Below are positions 10,190 through 19,905 of a DNA stretch of 64,000 bases, piece after piece; positions within the stretch are counted from its first letter, which is position 1, and each line of letters starts with the position of its first letter. Below the pieces are notes generated by a model. The model was given only the letters and a program-made list of their open reading frames with translations. It did no database searches and was not told the origin of the DNA. The stretch is from Candidatus Latescibacterota bacterium (GTDB lineage Bacteria > Latescibacterota > UBA2968 > UBA8231). The DNA lies in contig OZ242214.1 in the NCBI GenBank assembly GCA_965206595.1, positions 4,672,001 to 4,736,000 of the forward strand, given 5' to 3'. The translations under genes were made by a program, and so were the position numbers.

Positions 10190-10756
10190 CTAACCTGCGA
10201 GGGCGGCGCGCAGCCGCTGGGCCCGTTCCCGAATCGGCCGGCTCGGCCTCGGCACCGGCTCCACGGCGGGCTCGATTTTCCACACGAACACCGCCGGCCC
10301 TTCGGCGGTGAAGTGCAAGGGCAGCTTGGCGTCGAAATCGGTCTCGTCTGCTAGGGTGTGGACCTGCGTCAATCCGGCACCGCGCGCGATCGCCTCGTAG
10401 TCGACGGTTCCCGCCCCGGGCACCGGCTGGTTTCCGGTGACTTCGTAGGTTCCGTTCTCGGTTATCACCAAGGTGTAGTTCGGAGCCGGCTGTTGCGACA
10501 GCGTCACCAGGGTTCCTAGGCACATCAGGGTGCTGCCGTCGCCGTTGAGCGCGATCACTCGGCGCCGGGGCTGGGCGATGGCCAGTCCGTAGGCGAAGTC
10601 CGCGGCGTGCCCCATGGCGCTGTCCACGGAGGCGAAGTCGAGCGGACCGCCGGAAATACCGGCCCAGGGAGAAGCGACGGACATGGTAGTCACGACCACG
10701 TCCCCGGGACCGCGGCGTGCCGCAAGCTTTTTCAGGCATTCGTACTTGTCGAGCAT
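10190..10756 (-). CDS. ThDP-dependent decarboxylase beta subunit (ComE / phosphonopyruvate decarboxylase-like)
   Basis: SAMGHA...GLAIAQP.RRVIALNGDGSTLM...ENGTYEVTGNQP (GDG..N ThDP motif); ATG at 10756. Confidence 0.8.
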   Translation of the reverse strand: MLDKYECLKKLAARRGPGDVVVTTMSVASPWAGISGGPLDFASVDSAMGHAADFAYGLAIAQPRRRVIALNGDGSTLMCLGTLVTLSQQPAPNYTLVITENGTYEVTGNQPVPGAGTVDYEAIARGAGLTQVHTLADETDFDAKLPLHFTAEGPAVFVWKIEPAVEPVPRPSRPIRERAQRLRAALAG

Positions 10757-10767
10757 GGTACGCGGCC

Positions 10768-11265
10768 TTATCCGGTGTCGGTGCCGAGAAGGACGGCGGC
10801 CGGCATAGAGGTCGACTCGGCCTGGGAGAAAGCAGAGCGCAACTGCGGCTCGACTTCGGAGTCTTCGAACAGGACGGAGTAGGGTATGTTCCAGGCTTTG
10901 AGAGTCGGCTCGAAAAAGGTCGCGGCCGTATCGACCCGCTCCGCCCCGGGAGTCATGGTCCCGTAGCCCCGGTACCCGATGGTCATCACCAAGGGAATTT
11001 CCATGTTGTACGCCGTGCCCCGAAAGGCGTCGCCGGTTTCGAGAAACCCGGTGTTCTGGATGGCGACGAGGGGTTTGCGGCCACCGAGGTAGAGACCGGA
11101 TGCCAGCGCAAACGCCTCCCCCTCGCGGCTGACGTTGATGACGTCGATCGCCGGCTCTTCCCACAGGGCTTCGAACAACGCCCGGGATCCGTTGTCCGGC
11201 AGACCGACGACGTGAGTCACCCCGTGAAATTTGATCTGGTTCAGAAGCAGCGCGGCGCTGAGCAT
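10768..11265 (-). CDS. ThDP-dependent decarboxylase alpha subunit (ComD-like)
   Basis: GVTHVVGLPD, SREGEAFALASGLYLGG, IQNTG, IPLVMTIGYRG. Confidence 0.8.
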   Translation of the reverse strand: MLSAALLLNQIKFHGVTHVVGLPDNGSRALFEALWEEPAIDVINVSREGEAFALASGLYLGGRKPLVAIQNTGFLETGDAFRGTAYNMEIPLVMTIGYRGYGTMTPGAERVDTAATFFEPTLKAWNIPYSVLFEDSEVEPQLRSAFSQAESTSMPAAVLLGTDTG

Positions 11266-11345
11266 CTTCCTTCTTTCGCCAAGTGGGGCCTGCGGGGATG
11301 AGACGGCCGGCGGGGCAGCACAAACTACCGGGGCGCCGTTCGCCG

Positions 11346-12332
11346 TCAAGCGGCGTGGGCGGCCGAAGTCACGTCGCCGCTGAGCAGGCGATGACGGGCG
11401 CCGTCGTCAGTTTCGAGCACGAGGCTGCCGTCGGCGTGGAGATCGGTCGCCGTTCCCGTCACACTTCCCGCTTCCGTCGAAACCGTGACCCGGCGCCCTA
11501 TGGTGATCGACAGCTGCCGCATCCGCTCCACCGATTCTTCGGGACCGGCCTCGGAGGCGCGTCCGTATTCCACTTCGAGCTCCCTCAGAATCTGTTTGAG
11601 GAGCTGGTTGCGATTCCAGAATCGACCGCTTAACTGGCGCAGGGACACCGCAAGAGGCAGGTCCGCGGGAAACCGCTCCTGGTTGACGTTCAGACCTACG
11701 CCGGCAATCCCCGCCCGGTTGCGCAGCTCGCACAGCACCCCTCCCAGCTTGCGTATCCCCGAATCCTCGCTTTCCGGGGAGGGAACCCCGGCGACTACAA
11801 GGTCGTTGGGCCATTTTAACCGGACCGGGATTCCGCAGTGCCGGATCAGGGCTCTCGCGACAGCCCCGGCTACCAGCAGGCTGTGCGCGATCGTCGGAGC
11901 GGCTGGAGGCAGGATCAGGGAAAACAGGAGACTGCTTCCGGGTTCGGCCAGCCACCGGCGGCCGCGGCGCCCCCGTCCCCGGGACTGCGATTCGGCGGTG
12001 ACGACAGTGCCGGCCGGGAGGGTGGCGGCGAGTTCCGCGGCGGCGTCGTTCGTCGAGGCAACGCGGTCCACCACCACTGCGCGGCACCCGAAGGTCCCGG
12101 TTCCTAGACGATGGCGAATCTCCACCGAGGCCAGCCGCTCCGGAATTTCGGTAAGTCGCATGCCCAGTCCGGGATCGGCGGCCACCATTACACCCGTCTT
12201 TCCCAGGGTTTCGAGCATGCCCTCGAGCTCCCTTGGAGTACAGGCCAGGCGAGCGCGGATATCATCGGCAGGGCAGTACTCGCCGGGACGGTTGCGCAGC
12301 AGATCGTACAGCTTTTGTGAATCGGCGCTCAT
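11346..12332 (-). CDS. birA: Biotin--[acetyl-CoA carboxylase] ligase with N-terminal HTH-like domain
   Basis: STND, AESQSRGRGRRGRRW, LKWPND, KLGGVLCE, GVGLNVN. Confidence 0.93.
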   Translation of the reverse strand: MSADSQKLYDLLRNRPGEYCPADDIRARLACTPRELEGMLETLGKTGVMVAADPGLGMRLTEIPERLASVEIRHRLGTGTFGCRAVVVDRVASTNDAAAELAATLPAGTVVTAESQSRGRGRRGRRWLAEPGSSLLFSLILPPAAPTIAHSLLVAGAVARALIRHCGIPVRLKWPNDLVVAGVPSPESEDSGIRKLGGVLCELRNRAGIAGVGLNVNQERFPADLPLAVSLRQLSGRFWNRNQLLKQILRELEVEYGRASEAGPEESVERMRQLSITIGRRVTVSTEAGSVTGTATDLHADGSLVLETDDGARHRLLSGDVTSAAHAA

Positions 12333-12404
12333 CCCGACTGCTCGATGCGTTTCCGGGCCCCGGAGCGTGGACGGGCATCCGCAAGGGGTTTACAATTCGC
12401 CGGC

Positions 12405-13079
12405 ATGTGTACCTGCGTCATCCTGTTCGCGAAGCTCCCGGTCCCAGGGGAGGTAAAGACGAGGCTGCAGCCGCGCCTGAGCGCGTCGCAGGCAGCCGAT
12501 CTCTACCGGTCGTTCCTTCTCGACTGCGCCGCGGCCGCGGCCGCTACAACCGCTGCGAGGAAGGTGATGGCCTATTCACCCGCCGGGGCAGCGGAGGCCA
12601 TCCGGGAGATGCTCGGCTCTCCGGCCGTGGCGTTCGATTTCATTCCCCAACCCGACACCGACCTCGGAAACCGAATGGAGGTCCTGTTCGAGCACAGCTT
12701 CGCGCGCGGTGCCGAGCGGACCGTAATCGTCGGCTCGGACAGTCCCTCCCTGGGGCCGGAGCGGATAGACGAGGCGTTCGATCTGCTGCGGAGTCGAGAG
12801 CTCGTGCTCGGCCCGAGCAGCGACGGCGGTTATTACCTCATTGGACAGCGGCAACTCCAAAGGGCCCTGTTCCGCGGCATCGAATGGAGCAGCAGCCGGG
12901 TCTTTCGCCAGACCTTGGAGGCCGCAGCAGGCCTCGACCTGGCGCTGCTGCCCCCCTGGTACGACGTCGACACCGCCGCGGACGCGGCATTCCTGCGCGA
13001 TCATCTCGAGGCCCTCGAGCGCACCGGCAGGCGGTGGGGATTTCGCAGTCTCCAGCAGCTGCGAGCGCTCGATCTGTAG
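12405..13079 (+). CDS. DUF2064 / TIGR04282-like GT-A fold glycosyltransferase
   Basis: ILFAKLPVPGEVKTRL, DLGNRM, IVGSDSP, VLGPSSDGGYYLIG, WYDVDT. Confidence 0.85.
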   Translation: MCTCVILFAKLPVPGEVKTRLQPRLSASQAADLYRSFLLDCAAAAAATTAARKVMAYSPAGAAEAIREMLGSPAVAFDFIPQPDTDLGNRMEVLFEHSFARGAERTVIVGSDSPSLGPERIDEAFDLLRSRELVLGPSSDGGYYLIGQRQLQRALFRGIEWSSSRVFRQTLEAAAGLDLALLPPWYDVDTAADAAFLRDHLEALERTGRRWGFRSLQQLRALDL

Positions 13080-13163
13080 CGGGAAAACCGGTGGAAATCC
13101 ATGCGGGCAACGTCCGCAGCCCTGGGCTGCTTGTATCAAGGGAGTCCGGAACGGGCGCCGGTG

Positions 13164-13931
13164 CTAAACCCCCATGATGCGGTATCCGCCGTCTACGTAG
13201 AGCACCTCTCCCGTGATGCCGCGGCTGAGGTTACTGCACAGGAAGAGGGCGGCGTCGGCTACCTCCTCGACCTCGGTGTTGCGCCGCAGCGGGGCCCGCT
13301 CCGCGTGCGCCTGGTGCATGAGGTTGAAGTCGCGGATGCTTCGCGAGGCCAGCGTCTTGAGCGGGCCCGCAGAGAGCCCGTTGACGCGGATGTTCTTCTC
13401 GCCGAGCTCCGACGCCAGGTAGCGAATCCCGGATTCCAGCGCCGCCTTCGCCACTCCCATGACGTTGTAGTTGCGCACAGCCCGCTCGCTACCCAGGTAG
13501 GTGAGGGCCACCACCGCCCCTCCCGAAGCCATCAGAGGCTCGGCACCCCGCACCAGGCAGTTCAGCGAATAGGCGCTGACCTCGAGGGCTAGGCGGTAGC
13601 CGTCCCGCGAGGTGTCGGTATATCGGCCGTCGAGATCCTCCTTGTTGGCAAAAGCGATGCCGTGAACGAGGAAGTCGAGCCTGCCGACCTCCTCTCCCAC
13701 CTGGGAGAAGGCGGCGGCCACCGATGCGTCGTCGCTGACGTCGCACCGAACGAGGACCGGAGGGGTGGACAACTGGCCTGCGACCTTTTCGATGCCTGCG
13801 CGCTCCCGTTCGCCGAGGTAGCCGAGGACCAGCCGGGCACCCTCGCGGTCAAGGGCCCGGGCTATCGCCCAGGAGATGCTGCGGTGGTTGGCAACGCCGG
13901 CGACGAACCCGGTCTTGTCCGACATCATCAT
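13164..13931 (-). CDS. fabI: Enoyl-ACP reductase
   Basis: GVANHRSISWAIA, SAYSL, YNVMGVAKAALE, SAGPLKTLAS. Confidence 0.95.
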   Translation of the reverse strand: MMMSDKTGFVAGVANHRSISWAIARALDREGARLVLGYLGERERAGIEKVAGQLSTPPVLVRCDVSDDASVAAAFSQVGEEVGRLDFLVHGIAFANKEDLDGRYTDTSRDGYRLALEVSAYSLNCLVRGAEPLMASGGAVVALTYLGSERAVRNYNVMGVAKAALESGIRYLASELGEKNIRVNGLSAGPLKTLASRSIRDFNLMHQAHAERAPLRRNTEVEEVADAALFLCSNLSRGITGEVLYVDGGYRIMGV

Positions 13932-13956
13932 GGTTCTGCCGTCCTCTCCATCGTTT

Positions 13957-15816
13957 TCATGCCCGACTCCCGGTCAGCTTCAGACCGCTGCTGTTGAGCC
14001 GGAAGTCGACAACCCGGCTCGCGGCGAACGAGCTCCGGTCGCGCAGCTTCCCCAGTTCCCGCTTCAGGTCCCCGGCGGCGCCGTCGGCCGCTACCAGAAG
14101 GGCGAACCCCCCCCCGCCTGCGCCCGTCAGCATGCCGCCGCTGCACAGCTCGGAGACCGCCGATCCCTCGAACAGGTGATGCAGGGTCGCGCTGGTCGCT
14201 TCGGGATCGAGAATGCAGCGCAGTTCCCAGTAACGCGTCGCCATTTTCCCCAGGGCGTCGTAGTCACCGGCGCGGAGCGCGGTCACCATGTCGTCGTGAA
14301 GCGCCAACGACTCGCGCAAGGCGAAATAACGATGGCGGTCCCTTTTCAGGTATGCGGCGAGAATGACGTTCAGTCCGCGCGAAGCAGCGCGCGAAATCCC
14401 GGTGTCGAACAGCACGATGCGCTCGGCGAAACGGTCGGCGTCCACCTCGACGAAGGCGATGCCAGGTACCGGCGGACCGTCGGTGGGGAGAGCGTACAGA
14501 TCCTTGGCGGCGCTGGCGCCGCCGCGGGCACCCCGCGCGTCCTGCCAGCCGGAGTTGAGCCCGAGGCTCTGCTCGAGCAGAACGCTCTGGTCGTACAGCT
14601 CCGGGTATTCACCTGCGTCGGTGCCGGCGGAGTGACCGGTAAGCCGGTAGAAGACCTTCAGGATGGCTGCTGCGAGGATGCTGCTGGTCCCGAGTCCGGA
14701 TCCCTGTAGAACGGCGCTGGAGGTGACGACTTCGAGCCCGCCGCCGCGGGTGAAGTTCGAAATGTCGCCGACCACGTCCCTGGTGCGCGCCGAGATGATC
14801 CCGCAGTGGACGAGCGCCTCCTTGACCATGCGCAGGGACTCGTCGCCGCCGCGGCGATAGGCGAAGAACAGGTCGCTCTGCACCGCGGGTGCTCCGCGCG
14901 CGTTGGCTTCGAATTCCGCTTCGAACCCCTTCGAAAGTGAGCGCAGCCGGAGGAGCGGTTTCTCGAGCCTCCGCGCCGTCACCGTCAGAGGAGATCTGCA
15001 TTCGCCCGAGTCATCGGTGCACAGATCGATCCCCGCGTTGAGCGTCTTGCCGCCCTGCTCCTTGGTGCGGATGTGGTTGTCGGAGGCGTTGGCGCTGGAA
15101 ATCCCCAGCCGGAGGGGGGAGACGACGGTGAAAAGCTTGTCGAAATCCTCCCGGGCCATGGGATCGGTCCGCGAATTCCGTCTCGAGGGCCTCCGGGTGC
15201 CGCGGAGGCCAACCGTCATGTCGCGGCGCTGCAACTCCACGATAATCCCTTCGTAGGCGTCGGGAAGCTCTGCGATCCTCTTCTGTTCTTTCAGGGACGC
15301 GATGGCGCGATCGTCGAGGCAGAACGCAGGCACCTTTCTCCTCCACCAGATTTTCGGATCGGACAACATCCGGTAGACGTCTGCATGCACGCAGACCGCC
15401 CGCATTCCGCGCAGGTAACGCGTTATCTCGTCGAGCCCGACGAGATAACTGTCGAGCTTTTTCAGGATGTCGACGAGCGTCTTCGGGTCGCTGCTGAGAC
15501 GGAGCGCCTGGGCGTGGCCGACGTCGGCGATGGTGTCGATCATCTCGACGACGACCTCGGGCAACACCCTGGCAGCCGCTTTGCCGAAGGCGGCCGACCA
15601 CTCGTCGGCCGCCACCTTCGAGAGCAGCAGATCGATTGCCTCCGGGATCTGGAGCTTCGCCTGCAGGGGCTGATTCAGCAGCAGCCGGCGGATGAAATCT
15701 CCCCGCTCTTCGTCGCTCAAGCGGTCGCGGCGGCTGGCGGTGACGACGGTATCGATCAGCGACCCGGCGTCGGACAGGGATTGGATCTCGTCGCGTCTGC
15801 CGGCCGGTTCGCTCAT
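13957..15816 (-). CDS. GHMP-family sugar kinase (fucokinase/HddA-like) with unassigned N-terminal domain
   Basis: SPLRLGIS, QGSGLGTSS, LLEQSLGLNSGWQD, GAGGGGF. Confidence 0.75.
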   Translation of the reverse strand: MSEPAGRRDEIQSLSDAGSLIDTVVTASRRDRLSDEERGDFIRRLLLNQPLQAKLQIPEAIDLLLSKVAADEWSAAFGKAAARVLPEVVVEMIDTIADVGHAQALRLSSDPKTLVDILKKLDSYLVGLDEITRYLRGMRAVCVHADVYRMLSDPKIWWRRKVPAFCLDDRAIASLKEQKRIAELPDAYEGIIVELQRRDMTVGLRGTRRPSRRNSRTDPMAREDFDKLFTVVSPLRLGISSANASDNHIRTKEQGGKTLNAGIDLCTDDSGECRSPLTVTARRLEKPLLRLRSLSKGFEAEFEANARGAPAVQSDLFFAYRRGGDESLRMVKEALVHCGIISARTRDVVGDISNFTRGGGLEVVTSSAVLQGSGLGTSSILAAAILKVFYRLTGHSAGTDAGEYPELYDQSVLLEQSLGLNSGWQDARGARGGASAAKDLYALPTDGPPVPGIAFVEVDADRFAERIVLFDTGISRAASRGLNVILAAYLKRDRHRYFALRESLALHDDMVTALRAGDYDALGKMATRYWELRCILDPEATSATLHHLFEGSAVSELCSGGMLTGAGGGGFALLVAADGAAGDLKRELGKLRDRSSFAASRVVDFRLNSSGLKLTGSRA

Positions 15817-16149
15817 GTCATCGGGATAAACGGTGAGCGGCAGCGGTGTGATTCGCTGCTACGAGGATCCCATCCTGGCGGTTTGGTTCAAACGAAAACA
15901 TCCGGTTTGCAAGGGAGGGGATGCGCTGCCTTGGTCCGCCCGCCCGGAGGGCGGAGTGCCCGTCGAGTTGGCGACGGAGGGGACCTGTCCGTCGTCTCTA
16001 CTAGCCTTCGACAGATCCTGGTCGACCGGGAACCGAGCTTCTGTTTCAGGGGCGAGAAAGTAGCCCGCCGCAGGCCGGAAATCAATGTCGGGGGAACCGG
16101 CCGGGTCAGGACGGGTGCCCCGGGATATCTGCAGGAGTGGGGATCCTTG

Positions 16150-17601
16150 TCAGCCGCTGGGATGGGCGGTCAGGTGCTCACCGCGGCCGTTTTCGTCGAC
16201 TGCGACAGCCGATTTGCAGCTCTCCTTGGAGGCGTCCATGGCGCCGTACTCGTGGAGCTTGTTGCGCAGGGTCCGGGTGCTGATGCCGAGCTGGGCAGCG
16301 GCATCGGTGCGGTTTCCGCCGAAAGTCTCCAGCGTTCCCAAGATGAGGCGGCGTTCCATCTCGCGGACCGTCAGGCCGACCTGCAGGTTTTCGCCCCCTC
16401 GCTGGGGGCCTCCCCGGTCGAATTTTTTAGGGAAGTCGGCGAGGTCGAGCATGGGCAGGCGCGAGACCACCACCGCCCGCTCGATCTGGTTCTCCAGCTC
16501 GCGCACGTTGCCGGGCCAGTCGTACTGCATCAGCAGCTCGAGGGCTTCTTCGGATATCCCCTCGATCCGCTTGCCGTTGTCGTCGTTGAAACGCTGGACG
16601 AAGTGGCGTGCGAGAGCGGCGATTTCCTCCTTCCGCTCCCTGAGAGGGGGCAGGCTGATCTCGATCACATTGAGGCGGTAGAAGAGGTCCTCGCGGAAGT
16701 TTCCCTCCTCGACCTCCTTGACCAGCTCGCGGTTGGTCGTCGCCACGATGCGGACGTCGACCGCGATCGTCCGCGTGCTGCCGATGCGCTCGAACTCCCG
16801 TTCCTGCAGCACGCGCAGCAGCTTGGCCTGCAGGGAGAGGTCGATTTCGCTGATCTCGTCGAGCAGCAGGGTGCCGCGGTCCGCCATCTCGAAGCGGCCC
16901 CGGGTCTGCCTGATCGCTCCCGTGAATGCCCCCTTTTCGTGGCCAAACAGCTCGCTTTCCATCAGGTCCTTGGGCAGGGCGGCGCAGTTGAGGCGAATGA
17001 AGGGGCCGTTGCCGCGGCAGCTGTTGTAGTGCAGGGCTCTGGCGACCAGCTCCTTGCCGGTTCCGCTCTCCCCGGTGACGAGGACGGTGGCGCGGCTGTC
17101 GGCCACAGTGCCGATCAGGTCGACGACCTGTTCCATGCCTTGGCTGTTGCCGATCATGCCGCTCACACCACTTAAGCTGTACCTGTCCTGCAGCTCCGAG
17201 CGCAGGCGCCGGTTCTCGCGCACCGTCTCCTGGAATCGCAGCGCGCGTTCGACGACGATTTCGGTTTCGGAGGTCGTCGACTCCGAGCCCTTCTCGATGT
17301 AGTCGTAAGCCCCCTTTCTCATCGCCTCGACAGCGTCCTCAACCGTGCCATAGGCCGTCATCAGGATGACGTGCATATCGGGCCACCTCGATTTCACCTG
17401 TTCGAGCAGTTCGAGCCCGCCCATGCCCGGCATCTTTATGTCCGACAGCAGGAGGTCGTATTCGACTTTCTCCAGGCGCTCCAGAGCCGACCTCGCGTCC
17501 GAAGCCGTGTCGACGTCATAGCCCTTGCGAATCAGTATTTCCTCGGTCGCTCCGCGGACGTACGAGTCGTCGTCGACTACGAGAATGCGTTTGTCAGGCA
17601 T
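16150..17601 (-). CDS. Sigma54-dependent response regulator (REC-AAA+-Fis HTH)
   Basis: [46 protein letters not shown]-terminal HTH. Confidence 0.95.
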   Translation of the reverse strand: MPDKRILVVDDDSYVRGATEEILIRKGYDVDTASDARSALERLEKVEYDLLLSDIKMPGMGGLELLEQVKSRWPDMHVILMTAYGTVEDAVEAMRKGAYDYIEKGSESTTSETEIVVERALRFQETVRENRRLRSELQDRYSLSGVSGMIGNSQGMEQVVDLIGTVADSRATVLVTGESGTGKELVARALHYNSCRGNGPFIRLNCAALPKDLMESELFGHEKGAFTGAIRQTRGRFEMADRGTLLLDEISEIDLSLQAKLLRVLQEREFERIGSTRTIAVDVRIVATTNRELVKEVEEGNFREDLFYRLNVIEISLPPLRERKEEIAALARHFVQRFNDDNGKRIEGISEEALELLMQYDWPGNVRELENQIERAVVVSRLPMLDLADFPKKFDRGGPQRGGENLQVGLTVREMERRLILGTLETFGGNRTDAAAQLGISTRTLRNKLHEYGAMDASKESCKSAVAVDENGRGEHLTAHPSG

Positions 17602-18875
17602 CGTCTTTCCGGTCGGTTAGTGGGAAGGGTGATGGTGAAGCACGTGCCCTCGCCGGGATTGCTCCGGAAGGTGATTCGCCCGCCGTGGGCTTCGACGATT
17701 TTCTTCGACGTCACCAGCCCGAGTCCGGTGCCGTCCTCCTTGGTCGTGAAGAACGGCGTGAACAGCTTTTCCCGGACTTCGGCATCGATTCCGGGTCCCT
17801 CGTCGCGAATGCGGATCTGCGTTTCCTCGGCATCGGTTTCGCGCAGCACCTCGAGGCGGACAACGCCGCCGTCTGGCATCGCCTGGGCAGCGTTCAGCAG
17901 CAGGTTGAGGACGACCTGGTGGACCTGCTCCGTATCCAGTGCGACCACCAGCGGAGTCTCGGGATACGAGCGCTCGATCACTACTTCCCCGGATCCGCCT
18001 TCCGGATCGACCTCGAAGAAGGAGGCGGCCTCCTCGACGATTTCGCGGACATCGGTTTTCCGGGTGTTGAGGTTCAACGGCCGGGTGTAGCTCAACAGGC
18101 TCGAGACTATGCGGTTGAGACGGGCAACTCCCTCGGTGATTTTGCTCACCATCCGTCGGTTCGGGTCGCCGGCATCGAGGTCGCGTTTCAGCAGGTTGGC
18201 GAAGCTGGCGATGCCGCCCAGGGGGTTGCGGATCTCGTGGGCAACGGTCGCCGCCATCTCGCCGAGGGCAGCCAGGGTGTGCATGCGCCGAATCTGAGCC
18301 TCCAGGCGCTTCACCTCCGTGAGGTCGTTGAATGCCTCAAGGGCGCCCAGAATCTCGCCATTGTGATCCTTGACCAGGGAAGAGCTGAAGCCGAGGGGGA
18401 TCGTGCGCCCATCGGCGCGCTTCAGCTCTTTCTCCCGCGTCTGCAGGCCGGTTCCGGATTCCAGCGTGTAAAGGGCGGATTTGTCCCCGTCTGCGTCCTT
18501 CCCCATGACCTCTTCGTAGCGGCAGCCGAGCACCTCTTCCTGGGAACGGCCGGTGATCTCCTCGGCCGCCTGGTTGAACAGGGTGATTCTGCCCTCGAGA
18601 TCGAGGACGAGGACGCCACCGCTCATGCTCTCGAGGATGTTGTTCAGGTATTTGCTGACGCGGTCTTTCTCCTCGAGGCTCTGCCGGAGCTGGTTGTTGG
18701 TCTCTTCGAGCTTTGCGTCGAGGTATTCGAACTGTTCCTCGAGTTGCTTGTAGGCCTGGACGTATTTGCGTGCGGTCTCGTTGAAGAGGAGATACGAATC
18801 GGGAAAACTCTCTTCGAGTTCGCCTGCTTCCCCGAGTTGGATGGCCGGTTCCGGTACTTGCCGAGAAGAGGTCAT
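17577..18875 (-). CDS. Cytoplasmic PAS-domain sensor histidine kinase
   Basis: Coiled coil, PAS, LGEMAATVAHEIRNPLG (H-box), NLLLNA, DEGPGI, FTPFFTTK, GTGLGL; no TM segment from ATG 18875. Confidence 0.92.
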   Translation of the reverse strand: MTSSRQVPEPAIQLGEAGELEESFPDSYLLFNETARKYVQAYKQLEEQFEYLDAKLEETNNQLRQSLEEKDRVSKYLNNILESMSGGVLVLDLEGRITLFNQAAEEITGRSQEEVLGCRYEEVMGKDADGDKSALYTLESGTGLQTREKELKRADGRTIPLGFSSSLVKDHNGEILGALEAFNDLTEVKRLEAQIRRMHTLAALGEMAATVAHEIRNPLGGIASFANLLKRDLDAGDPNRRMVSKITEGVARLNRIVSSLLSYTRPLNLNTRKTDVREIVEEAASFFEVDPEGGSGEVVIERSYPETPLVVALDTEQVHQVVLNLLLNAAQAMPDGGVVRLEVLRETDAEETQIRIRDEGPGIDAEVREKLFTPFFTTKEDGTGLGLVTSKKIVEAHGGRITFRSNPGEGTCFTITLPTNRPERRCLTNAFS

Positions 18876-19171
18876 GTAGGGCTTGCTTTCCAAGGGCGGG
18901 GGGAGTCCCGGTGCGGAGGTCGCCGGGATCTGTGCGGAAACGATACCTCGACCGAGGAGGATGGTTCCGCGGGGCCGAATCGCAACGCCTCTGTGAAAAG
19001 AGGCGGTATGTCCGGAGGGGGGGGAGGAGACTGAGGCGGCCGGGGTGGCCGCGCAAAAGGAAAGAATTCCCGCTGGCGGAATCTTCTCGAAATATAGCAA
19101 AACGGCGCCTTGGCTGCCGAAGCGCATTCCCCGCCGCCGGACAGGCGGGGTATAGACAGGATCGAAGGGCC

Positions 19172-19822
19172 TTACGGGGGCGGTTTGGGGTAGGCCTTTT
19201 CTCCGGCGGTCACCGGAAAGGGGAGCCTGTTCCGAGGCGGCGGCATCGGGCATATGAAAGCCCGGCCGTCGTAAGCGCAGTACGGATTGTAGGATTCGTT
19301 GAAATCGATGACGCAGCGCCCCCCCTCTCCGCAGTAGACCGGTACGTAGCGGCCGCCGTCGTAGGTCGACTCGCCGTTGGTGGGATCGGTGAAGAAGACG
19401 GCGAGCTCGTCCGTTCCCTCGGTATGGTAGATCTCCAGCCAGAACGGTTCACCTGCGAACTCCGAGACAAAGCGGCCGTAACGCACCACGGGCAGCAGGG
19501 AGTCGGTGTTGGTGGCGGTGAGCAGCCGGCGGCGGCGGCCGTAAAGATGGAGGTCCCCCTCGATGAGAAAGCCGGCCTGCGGAGGGAAATAGCTCAGCCC
19601 GGCGAACGACCCGCGCTCCTTTTGCGGAATCGGCGAGCCTTCCTCTAGCAGCAGGCTGTCCTTGACGGCGCGGATGTGGCGCACTCGTTCGTGGTAGCCG
19701 GTGGTCTCGGCGGAGGCGCCTTGAAATGGCTGCGCCGCTGCCGGGACCCCTGCGCTGGCCAGCGCGAGCCCGGTTAGAGCCAGCGGGGGGAGGATTGCAG
19801 TCAGGCCAGGACGTGTTGACAT
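19172..19822 (-). CDS. DUF1684-family exported protein
   Basis: Signal peptide; SPIP...GLSYFP, FTDPTNGESTYDGGRY, IDFNESYNPYCAY...CPMPPPRNRL...AGEK. Confidence 0.88.
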   Translation of the reverse strand: MSTRPGLTAILPPLALTGLALASAGVPAAAQPFQGASAETTGYHERVRHIRAVKDSLLLEEGSPIPQKERGSFAGLSYFPPQAGFLIEGDLHLYGRRRRLLTATNTDSLLPVVRYGRFVSEFAGEPFWLEIYHTEGTDELAVFFTDPTNGESTYDGGRYVPVYCGEGGRCVIDFNESYNPYCAYDGRAFICPMPPPRNRLPFPVTAGEKAYPKPPP

Positions 19823-19844
19823 CGATTTTCGCGGCCGGTTACCT

Positions 19845-19860
19845 TGCAAACCCGTTTGCA
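19845..19860. promoter_or_regulatory. Palindromic operator-like site between divergent genes
   Basis: TGCAAAC-CC-GTTTGCA, perfect 7-bp arms. Confidence 0.4.
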
Positions 19861-19905
19861 GCGAGACATCACCGGGACAGTCGAAACATAACACAGGAGT
19901 AAGGG

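Noticed and set aside
15073-17175. Long antisense or alternate-frame ORFs (also 3934-5739, 24857-26878, 28288-30498, 51371-53686 and others)
   Set aside because: Shadow ORFs of real genes, expected in GC-rich DNA; no recognisable motifs.
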